This document shows positions 56,527 to 64,000 of a stretch of 64,000 nt of DNA, in pieces. The stretch is from an uncultured cyanobacterium (GTDB taxonomy: Bacteria > Cyanobacteriota > Cyanobacteriia > Phormidesmidales > Phormidesmidaceae). The stretch spans positions 192,001 to 256,000 of the forward strand of contig CAWBZI010000001.1 of the NCBI GenBank assembly GCA_963793265.1, written 5' to 3'. The translations under genes and the position numbers were made by a program. The notes under the pieces were generated by a model, which had not been told where the DNA came from, did no database searches, and saw only the letters and a program-made list of their open reading frames with translations. The first letter of the stretch is position 1, and each line of letters begins with the position of its first letter.

Positions 56527-57777
56527 CTATACGAAGCTAAAGCCTGTGCCCGTTAATAGATCAACGTTTTGAGCGGTAATGTCGTTAGCAAACACAGCAA
56601 TTAGCTCCTCTTGCCCGCCTATGTTCGCAAGCAAGCGAGAGCGGCTTCCGGCGCTGTACGTTTCAATAAAATAGTCAGAGGCAGAGCCTGCTAGCTCAAT
56701 TATATCTCCCTCACCGAGATTAAAGTCTTTGATAATAGCCCTGTCACCAGCCCCTCGACTTCCTTGTCCACCCGCATAGAGAATAGTGCCGTTTCGTCGT
56801 CCTAACACAAAAGTATCAGCACCCGCACGTCCAATCAAAGTATCTATCTCGCCTGCCGTAGCACCCCCGCCATTAAGACGATCGTCACCGTCACCACCAG
56901 TTAGCTCATCATGACCAACACCACCACTCAAATTGTCGTTGCCAGTGCCGCCATTCAATATGTCGTCGCCGCTATTGCCGTACAGACGGTCGTTGCCAAG
57001 GCCACCAAATAGCTTGTCGTTGCCCTCATCGCCATTCAAGGTATCTCTACCGCTATTGCCGCGCAAAATGTCATTGCCAGCCCCACCAGAAATGGTGTCA
57101 TCACCGCCGCCGCCAGTAATAGTGTCTCTGAGGCTGCTGCCAACAATAACATCATCAAACTCAGTGCCGCCGCCATTAGACATACCAGGCGTGGCAAGTC
57201 TATCGGACAAAATTTGATCCTGTCTGAGTACCTGAGTACTCGAAAACAGATCGCGAACAAGGGAAGTGCCATCATTATCCTGGCCCCAATTTTCTACGTC
57301 GCCGTTACGGCTTGCCGTACGAGAAAATCCTCGATAGTCAGTGATAGGGTTGTCAATCGCGTCATCATTGTAAGTAAACTGAATGAATTCATCTGTGACT
57401 CGATCGTACAGAACTACATTGTCGCCGCTGTTGTTGAATACAACCGATCTTCGGCCTGCATCAAACGCTAAGCTATTGCTGTTGGGCAAGCTAAGCGTAC
57501 CACCGCTGGTGCCCACAGCGACATAAGCATAGCCGCCCCCTTCTAGCACTGCATTTGCATCAAAAGTAAACCAATTGCCAGCTTTAGCATCCCAAAGCTC
57601 CAAACCGCCTATACTAAGAGTCTCGTTAGAATTATTGTAGAGTTCTATAAATTCATCTGTATTTTCAGCAGCACCGCTGTTGTCTGTATCAAAGTTTTGT
57701 CCGAATGCACTGTTAGGATCAATCAAGATCTCGTTGAGAATAATGCCACCACGTATAATACTGTTAGTTTCAGGCAT
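56527..57777 (-). CDS. Lamin-tail-domain protein with RTX repeats (paralogue of 54911-56197)
   Basis: [43 protein letters not shown]; GGxGxD repeats. Confidence 0.85.
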   Translation of the reverse strand: MPETNSIIRGGIILNEILIDPNSAFGQNFDTDNSGAAENTDEFIELYNNSNETLSIGGLELWDAKAGNWFTFDANAVLEGGGYAYVAVGTSGGTLSLPNSNSLAFDAGRRSVVFNNSGDNVVLYDRVTDEFIQFTYNDDAIDNPITDYRGFSRTASRNGDVENWGQDNDGTSLVRDLFSSTQVLRQDQILSDRLATPGMSNGGGTEFDDVIVGSSLRDTITGGGGDDTISGGAGNDILRGNSGRDTLNGDEGNDKLFGGLGNDRLYGNSGDDILNGGTGNDNLSGGVGHDELTGGDGDDRLNGGGATAGEIDTLIGRAGADTFVLGRRNGTILYAGGQGSRGAGDRAIIKDFNLGEGDIIELAGSASDYFIETYSAGSRSRLLANIGGQEELIAVFANDITAQNVDLLTGTGFSFV

Positions 57778-57927
57778 AACAAATTTCCTATTGAAAACGA
57801 ATCTACTACAGAGTTAAGATGCCCAGGGACGTATTAGAACAAGCAAACTTGTATTGATTGATTTGGCTGTTCTGTCCGTATAAACAAGGTTCCCAAAGGC
57901 ATCTAAAAACAAGCAAAGGGACAATCT

Positions 57928-57965
57928 AAAAAGGCGTGATCTAACTATGTAGACCGCGCCTTTTT
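57928..57965. terminator. Rho-independent terminator
   Basis: AAAAAGGCGTGATCTA...TAGACCGCGCCTTTTT just downstream of the GT4 stop. Confidence 0.7.
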
Positions 57966-57989
57966 ACTTATTCTATTTTATGTTTTACC

Positions 57990-59330
57990 TTATGAATTTG
58001 AAGTAGCGCTTTGAGCGAATGAGCCGGATAGTGAAGTCGCTGCTGACTCAACAACTTCTAAATACTGCTCCGCAATAATTTCAGGTGTGAAGTGAGTTTC
58101 TAAGTATTGACGACCAGATTTTCCGAGGCGGCTGGCTTTCTCTTTATCTTGAGATAGCTCAAGAATATAGTCAGCTAGCTGCTGGGCTTCACCGTTGTTA
58201 AAGGCGGTGCCGCAGTTAGCCGTTTCTAGTAAAGAGCCTAAATAAGACAAAGAGGAACAAATTGCCGCGATCGGTCGGCCGGTTGCCATTGCTGGATATA
58301 GCTTGCTGGGAGCCACTAAACTTTCCATGCCAGGTGCTACGCTCACTAAGGAAAGATCGCTGGCGGTCAGTGAATAGGGTAAAACAGATTTTTCTTGATA
58401 GGCTAGAAAACGAAAGTTTTCTAGCCTACTGTCTTCTACCTGTGCCATCAGATTTGTGCGCTTAGCACCGCCACCAATACAAACGAACGTAATAGGCTCG
58501 TCTTTTAGTAATTTTGCCGTTTCAAACAGTGTATCAATGTCATGGCATCGCCCCATGTTACCGGAGTAGAGCACCACAAAATTATCTGTGAGGCCGTGCT
58601 CTTTGGCAAACCAGTTATCTTCTTTGGCGATCGGTACAATCTGCTTATCGTTCGACCAGCTATGAATGACGGATATTTTGGCTTCAATATCTGGGCAGTG
58701 TTCTACAATTCGCTGCTTCATCGAAGAACTCAGCACAATTACACTAGCCGACCTGCGCCAAACCTGACGGTTTAGTGCCCGCCATATCTTTGCAACAGGG
58801 TTGTTGACAGATACCACTTCTAGCTCTACAGCAATATCAGGATACAAGTCATACAGCAAGCAAACGTAAGGTAGGCCGAACAGTACGTTTGCAAGATAGC
58901 CAATCACAGGTAAAAAAGGCGGCGCGGTCGTGACTAAAAGCGCCTGATACTGACTGGAGCGCCGAAATAGGTGCAACATAGCGCGAATAGCAAACATTAG
59001 CCCGTTGATAGCTTTGCCGCGGATTCGGCTGGGAAAAAGCTGGCTCATGCGCGATCGCTTGATCCACACGCTCTCTTTTTGCTCTACTTTAGGCGCTTCG
59101 CCCTTAGCAAAGGCGTACCCCGGCTGTCCGGTAAATACGCTGACATCAACGTCTTGCTTGCCAAGCTGATTGACCAGCTCTTCTATAAGCTGACCGGTGG
59201 CCGCAAAATCGGGTGGAAAGAACTGCGTCATGATCAGTAGCTGCAAAGCGCTAGAACCTGAAGCCATCGGATTTTTGATGGTTTCTTCCGATACCCAAAC
59301 GTTTCGAACTAAAGGTTTTTCGAGTACCAT
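57990..59330 (-). CDS. GT4 glycosyltransferase, WcaI/CapE-like
   Basis: TQFFPPDFAATGQL, TTAPPFL, YDLYPD, YSGNMGRCH, APSKLY. Confidence 0.9.
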   Translation of the reverse strand: MVLEKPLVRNVWVSEETIKNPMASGSSALQLLIMTQFFPPDFAATGQLIEELVNQLGKQDVDVSVFTGQPGYAFAKGEAPKVEQKESVWIKRSRMSQLFPSRIRGKAINGLMFAIRAMLHLFRRSSQYQALLVTTAPPFLPVIGYLANVLFGLPYVCLLYDLYPDIAVELEVVSVNNPVAKIWRALNRQVWRRSASVIVLSSSMKQRIVEHCPDIEAKISVIHSWSNDKQIVPIAKEDNWFAKEHGLTDNFVVLYSGNMGRCHDIDTLFETAKLLKDEPITFVCIGGGAKRTNLMAQVEDSRLENFRFLAYQEKSVLPYSLTASDLSLVSVAPGMESLVAPSKLYPAMATGRPIAAICSSLSYLGSLLETANCGTAFNNGEAQQLADYILELSQDKEKASRLGKSGRQYLETHFTPEIIAEQYLEVVESAATSLSGSFAQSATSNS

Positions 59331-60412
59331 ATCTTCTTTCTCATAACAATATTACGGCCTTCAGAAGGCACAATTAAAACTTGTCGTAGATGCCAGGCGC
59401 AAAAGCCTAACAGCGCAACCAACTCCAGGAGAAGTGTCAGACTACTGACTATTCCCACCATTGCTAACGCTAAACTACCCGTCGCCAGTGTTAATACATA
59501 AACAATCCACACAACAGCCTTATGGGAGAGATCTAAACTCAGTAGTCGGTGATGAAGGTGACGGTTATCGGCGCTAAAAGGAGAGTTTTTACGGTAGAGC
59601 CTGGCTAGAATAACACCGGTCATATCGCCAACAGGAATCGCTAGGATAACAAGCGGTAGCAGCGTCGAAAACGGATTATCGATATGTTGCGGGCCGACAA
59701 TGCATAGGCTAGCTAGGGTAAATCCAATAAAGTAAGATCCGCCATCTCCCATAAAAATTTCGGCTGGGTTGTAGTTGTAGTACAAAAAGCCAAGTAGGCT
59801 ACCTAGCAGCGCCGAGCCGATAAGAGCAGTGACCGGCTGCGCCATAGCGATCGCCATGACCACTAGCACCATCGTGACAATACTCGATACGCCAGCAGCT
59901 AGCCCATCTAGGCCATCTATCCAGTTAATCGCATTTACCACGCCCGCTAGCCATATTACGGTGATTGGCAGACTCAATAGACCTAGCGAAATCGGCGTCT
60001 CTATTCCCGGCAGTATTATCGTATCGACGCGAATGCCAAACCACCAGAGTGCAGTTGCGATCGCAGCTTGCATCCATAAGCGATGGAAAGGAGACAGATC
60101 GAAAAGATCGTCTGTGAAACCTACTAGGAAAAAGCCACTGCCACCTAGCAATAGAAGTAAAACGGTTGAGAGTGAATCTGGCGTTAGATATCTACCCGAG
60201 TCGAATAGGCAGACGCAGAGGAGAGAGAGTAGAGTGGAGCCAAAGATAGCTACGCCACCTAGCCGTACCATCGGCTGTTGATGTACCTTTCGATCTGAAG
60301 GTGCGTCTATCTTCTTAAATTTGAGCGCGATTGATTTGATAAAGGGTGTTGAGGTAAGAACAACTCCTGTAGAAATTACACAGACGATTAAGTAGATCCA
60401 ATAGATGGTCAT
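59309..60412 (-). CDS. UDP-GlcNAc:undecaprenyl-phosphate GlcNAc-1-phosphate transferase (WecA/TagO, MraY-like family)
   Basis: RKVHQQPMVRLGG, GFTDD, NAINWIDGLDGLA, IFMGDGGS, DNRHLHHRL. Confidence 0.92.
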   Translation of the reverse strand: MTIYWIYLIVCVISTGVVLTSTPFIKSIALKFKKIDAPSDRKVHQQPMVRLGGVAIFGSTLLSLLCVCLFDSGRYLTPDSLSTVLLLLLGGSGFFLVGFTDDLFDLSPFHRLWMQAAIATALWWFGIRVDTIILPGIETPISLGLLSLPITVIWLAGVVNAINWIDGLDGLAAGVSSIVTMVLVVMAIAMAQPVTALIGSALLGSLLGFLYYNYNPAEIFMGDGGSYFIGFTLASLCIVGPQHIDNPFSTLLPLVILAIPVGDMTGVILARLYRKNSPFSADNRHLHHRLLSLDLSHKAVVWIVYVLTLATGSLALAMVGIVSSLTLLLELVALLGFCAWHLRQVLIVPSEGRNIVMRKKIWYSKNL

Positions 60413-60887
60413 TTGCTATTTTCCTACGTGGGAAAACGTTTGTTACATTCGTACTTTATTCGGTAGTCGCAAATGTAGCTTTGCAGTTAATTCAAGATAC
60501 ATAGCGTTATTCTAAAATCAGCACCCTTTTGTTTGATTTTATACAGCTTGTTGCAAAATTCACCGATGCAACAGAATCAAAAATTTTACAGCGAAGCAGA
60601 TATTCACGTTTTAGTAATGCATCATGTGTTATCGATGTGACGACATAAACCTGTTAAGGATGTAAGCGCCAAAGCAAAAACTAATCACAATATGCCTGAA
60701 CACATCATTCTTTTTCGGTTGAAGAAGTTTGATGTCTGCTGTAGTTAAGTTTCCCGAGATAAAGGTAGAAATAAGCGATTACAGCGAGCTAAAGTAAAAA
60801 AGTTGATAGATGAGTGTCTACGTAAGTGTCCATAGCTTAGCCTTGAGCAGGCTTAAGATTAAGCCGTTAGAGGTAGTAGAAAGGGCT

Positions 60888-62333
60888 TTAGCTAGCTTTT
60901 ATAGCGATCGCACTTGAAGAAGCTTCTACAGCACCTAAGCGTAGAGGCTTCAAAGCCTGAGTCTGCCACTCACCCGCAAATTGACTGACCAGGAACGGAC
61001 AAACTTCAATTTTTTGAGCGTGCAGAGGGCGCACGTTGATCTTAACAAAGCTATGAAACTGCTGTCTTTTGGATCTATAGCCGCGAACACCCGCATAAAG
61101 CTGAGACTTTGCAACAACGCCAGTGTAGCTTCTCTTGCTATGAAAAATTTTTCCTAAAATATCAGCACCCGCCTGCCTCTGTCTTCTTAGGCCAGCACCA
61201 CTTCCCCCGCAGACTAGCCAGTCCATCTCACTATCGGCATGGCCTGTTTGAGCGGTTTTTAGATGTTCTAAACAGTGCGCATGGCCACTGATTATTAGGT
61301 CAATTAAGGGATCTTGCTGTTGATCAACGTCAGTAGTTTTCTCTAGAGCTGCCGCGACACGATCCAAAACAGTGCGTAAATGCTTGCGTACCCAAAGCGT
61401 CTCTGGCTGCTGCCAGCGAATTTCTTCGGTGGTATAAGGAGAATGATGGAGATAGACAATTCGGCCTATCTTGCCGGGCGATCGCCAGGAGGTTATCAAT
61501 GAGTCTTCTAACCAAGCTAGCTGCTCCACATCGAAATCTTTAGCGTCGCAGCCAGCGTTCCAGGTGCTAGAATCTAGCGCAAAAAAATCTACGCCGCCGT
61601 AGCAAAAGCGATAGTAGCGGTTGGGCAAACGAGTAAACTGGCCAGGCTGATAGTTTAGGCAGTAGGTAGCGTTTGTAGTGGTACCTATGCCGCATAGAGC
61701 GCTGTAGTGAGCGGCTAAGTGAGCGGTGAGCTGTTCGGGTGATCGCACAGACAAGTCGTCTAAAAAGGTTTGGCCGTACGCCTCCGAACCCGAGCCGTCA
61801 TAGTGGCCTAGGTCAATGCCTATGCTGCGGAGGCGATCGCACAACGCGCTTAGCAAACGCGGTAACAAACCAGCATTCCTCTCTCTTGCATAGTCATGAT
61901 TGCCTGGCACCGGCAATAGCGGTCGGGCAAAGACAATATCATCACTTCGATAGCCGCCGTTTTTAGGCAGGTCAGCCAGTAGTGAGTGATAAGGTTGCAG
62001 GAACCCACGTAAGTAATTCTCGTATGAGCCAACTGGATAGGTGACATCACCTGTATGCAACAGAAAACGACTCTCACCTAGCTGCAAGAGCAACTGCTGA
62101 GCAAAAGCATTAGCAAACTCAGACGTATTCGCTCGCGGTGAGGGCCCTGCGTCAGTATCGCCCATGACCAGGAACGAGAACGGTGTGGGCTCGGTTGGCG
62201 CACTGGAGATCGCGATCTGAGTTTGATCAATTCCACCCTGCTTTACTTTAGGATGCTGCCATTGCACCTGCTTGCAAAGCGTTGACTGGATTCCTGAATA
62301 GAGCAAACTGCGTTTAGAAAGGAAGGTCGTCAT
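60888..62333 (-). CDS. Calcineurin-like metallophosphoesterase
   Basis: VMGDT, HTGDVTY, PGNHDY, YLHHSPY, SGHAH. Confidence 0.9.
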   Translation of the reverse strand: MTTFLSKRSLLYSGIQSTLCKQVQWQHPKVKQGGIDQTQIAISSAPTEPTPFSFLVMGDTDAGPSPRANTSEFANAFAQQLLLQLGESRFLLHTGDVTYPVGSYENYLRGFLQPYHSLLADLPKNGGYRSDDIVFARPLLPVPGNHDYARERNAGLLPRLLSALCDRLRSIGIDLGHYDGSGSEAYGQTFLDDLSVRSPEQLTAHLAAHYSALCGIGTTTNATYCLNYQPGQFTRLPNRYYRFCYGGVDFFALDSSTWNAGCDAKDFDVEQLAWLEDSLITSWRSPGKIGRIVYLHHSPYTTEEIRWQQPETLWVRKHLRTVLDRVAAALEKTTDVDQQQDPLIDLIISGHAHCLEHLKTAQTGHADSEMDWLVCGGSGAGLRRQRQAGADILGKIFHSKRSYTGVVAKSQLYAGVRGYRSKRQQFHSFVKINVRPLHAQKIEVCPFLVSQFAGEWQTQALKPLRLGAVEASSSAIAIKAS

Positions 62334-63999
62334 CTTTTGAGAAAGTGTTAAAGCGAGCAGATTGAACTGTACTCAGTTCTACAGTCTCGTCGATAGCCGC
62401 ATCGCTACCATAGCCATACGCGTAGTAGCGATAGCCGCTCATGCCAGAAGATTTGACGCCGTTAGCCACTAAGCCCAATGTCGGAATTTGCGCCAGCCTC
62501 AGCGTTTCGATAGTTTGTGAAAGCACTGTTCTATCTGTTTTACCGATGCGAGTCACAAGCACTAAGCCATCGGTGCGCTGACCGATTAAGCTCACGTCAG
62601 CTAGGCCAGTTGTCGGCGGCGCGTCGTAAATTACCAGATCAAAACAGCGCTCGAAGGTACCCATAAGCTGCTGCATTTTTTGAGAGGCTAGCAGCTTTGT
62701 TGGATCGGGCGGAATCTTACCTGCCGTTAATACGAATAGCTGACCGTTAGGATCGGCCTGTTGAATCACAGACTTGAGAGGCAAATCGTCAGCAATCAAA
62801 TTAGAAAGCCCAAGCTTATTAGGAAGATCTAAACGGTCGTGAATCTGAGGCTTACGCAAATCGGCGTCTACGACCAGCACCCTTTGGCCCATCGCCATTG
62901 CAACCTGAGCTAAGTGAGCCGATACCGTAGACTTTCCATCTCCGGGTAAGGCAGAGCTAATGATAATAGAGCGGATGGCATGGTCTGAGCCTAGCATCCG
63001 AATATTGGTGTGCAAAACCCGCAGGGCTTCTAAAAAATTTGCTTCACTATCGTAGGCGTAGTAAGGAGACTTGCCAATCGATCCTTTAGAGAGCGAATCT
63101 GCAATTCTACTCAGCGCCGACCGCTTATCCGTTCGACTATCTCTTAGCTCGCGGTTGAAGGGTAAAGTACCCAACAGCGGCAGCTTGGTTCCGGCCTTGA
63201 GTTCGTCTATGGTGTGATAAACATTATCGAGCTTTTCAATGAGGAGTGCAGCCATTAGACCCAACAGCAGGCTAGCGGCGATGCCCATCAAAATGCTGCG
63301 TGGTAGATTAGGAGAGATGGGCTCGGTTGGCTGCACCGGAACTTCGATAAGCTGCCACGGAATTTCTGTTTGAGCCGCTTCAATTTCTAGCGTTTCACGG
63401 GTGACCCTAAACCGGGTGAGTGCTTCTGTCGAAATCTCTAGCTCGCGCTGGAGGTCAGTATATTGCCGAATGAGTGATGGGAGCTGACCGATTACCTGTT
63501 CTACCTGACTTTCAGCATTCAGCAGCGTCTCGCTCTGACCTGCAATGACCTGTAAGTTATTAGTTGCGATCGCCTGCTTAGTACCCACCACCCGCTCAGC
63601 TTCTTGCTGCAACAGCGGTAAAATATTCTCTCGCTCTTCTTCTAATACACGAATAGCCAGGCTGCTAGGATCAAATCTGGTTAGCTCTGCCGCTATCTTT
63701 GTTTCTACTGCTCGCAGATCACGCAGTAGCTGCTGATAGATAGGCGCACCGTCAAGCGCAGCGAGCGCGCCGTCTTGTACCTGCAAATTTTGGGCAATTT
63801 GCTGCGCTTCAGAGAGCCGAGTATCAAGACTCAGGCGCTGCTCAATAAGTCCGGTTGTTTGCCGCGACAGCTGAGAAGATTGCATCTCAGGCGTAATAAA
63901 ATCGTACTGGCGGCGAAAGCTTTCTAGCCGGTCTTGAATAGAATCAACCTGAGCTTGCAAATCAGGAAGCTGATTTTCTACAAAATTGATGCCCTGTCG
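62314..63999 (-). CDS. wzc: Polysaccharide co-polymerase/tyrosine autokinase (Wzc/GumC), 5' end beyond the window
   Basis: Coiled coil, PTEPISPN+TM, EALRVLHTNI, Walker A PGDGKST, DADLRKP, IYDAPP, Tyr-rich tail GYRYYAYGYG; frame open to the right edge. Confidence 0.93.
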   Translation of the reverse strand, partial: RQGINFVENQLPDLQAQVDSIQDRLESFRRQYDFITPEMQSSQLSRQTTGLIEQRLSLDTRLSEAQQIAQNLQVQDGALAALDGAPIYQQLLRDLRAVETKIAAELTRFDPSSLAIRVLEEERENILPLLQQEAERVVGTKQAIATNNLQVIAGQSETLLNAESQVEQVIGQLPSLIRQYTDLQRELEISTEALTRFRVTRETLEIEAAQTEIPWQLIEVPVQPTEPISPNLPRSILMGIAASLLLGLMAALLIEKLDNVYHTIDELKAGTKLPLLGTLPFNRELRDSRTDKRSALSRIADSLSKGSIGKSPYYAYDSEANFLEALRVLHTNIRMLGSDHAIRSIIISSALPGDGKSTVSAHLAQVAMAMGQRVLVVDADLRKPQIHDRLDLPNKLGLSNLIADDLPLKSVIQQADPNGQLFVLTAGKIPPDPTKLLASQKMQQLMGTFERCFDLVIYDAPPTTGLADVSLIGQRTDGLVLVTRIGKTDRTVLSQTIETLRLAQIPTLGLVANGVKSSGMSGYRYYAYGYGSDAAIDETVELSTVQSARFNTFSKDDDLPF

Positions 64000-64000
64000 C

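Larger units (their letters stand above)
1..64000. repeat. HIP1 octamer GCGATCGC, highly iterated throughout
   Basis: Dozens of copies seen, e.g. 15780, 18784, 20931, 24061, 34914, 36081, 38707; hallmark of many cyanobacteria. Confidence 0.97.

Noticed and set aside
59829..60281. 150-aa plus-strand ORF and the many other 60-150 aa overlapping ORFs in the track
   Set aside because: They lie within or antisense to well-supported genes and show no independent motifs

Overview
64-kb chromosomal window from a cyanobacterium, judged by very frequent HIP1 GCGATCGC octamers and CHASE2/CHAT/DUF928/Uma2-type genes; a filamentous Leptolyngbya/Phormidesmis-like lineage is only an impression. 1-14 kb: FAD oxidoreductase, mnmE, DUF2062, SIMPL, Ser/Thr kinase-CHASE2, lipid acyltransferase, P450 and an RND efflux pair. 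14-31.5 kb is an accessory region: a secondary, frameshifted topA; a small gene behind a densely structured RNA-like leader; a DUF4258/YgiT toxin-antitoxin pair; a GMC oxidoreductase; and a DrrAB-like ABC-2 transporter whose ATPase is separated from its two permeases by an oppositely oriented 8.6-kb signalling block. That block is the best candidate for an undescribed system. It encodes a FeeM/LuxI-fold acyltransferase fused to a cNMP-binding domain, a TPS/haemagglutinin-CHAT protease, DUF928, and a CHASE2 cyclase with guanylyl-cyclase residues (Cya2-like), which together suggest a cGMP sensing-and-output module. 31.7-42.5 kb: TPR-CD225 protein, LysR/NhaC pair, an ABC exporter (frameshifted) preceded by a 17-codon leader peptide ending KVRR, a Uma2 remnant, a methyltransferase and a CAP-RTX protein. 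42.6-64 kb: Wzx/Wzy-type exopolysaccharide cluster with 4-5 sulfotransferases, a pyruvyltransferase and two lamin-tail/RTX paralogues. A G-rich to C-rich compositional switch is visible at many HIP1 sites. No rRNA, tRNA, CRISPR array or transposase was recognised. All family calls come from motif reading, not database searches.
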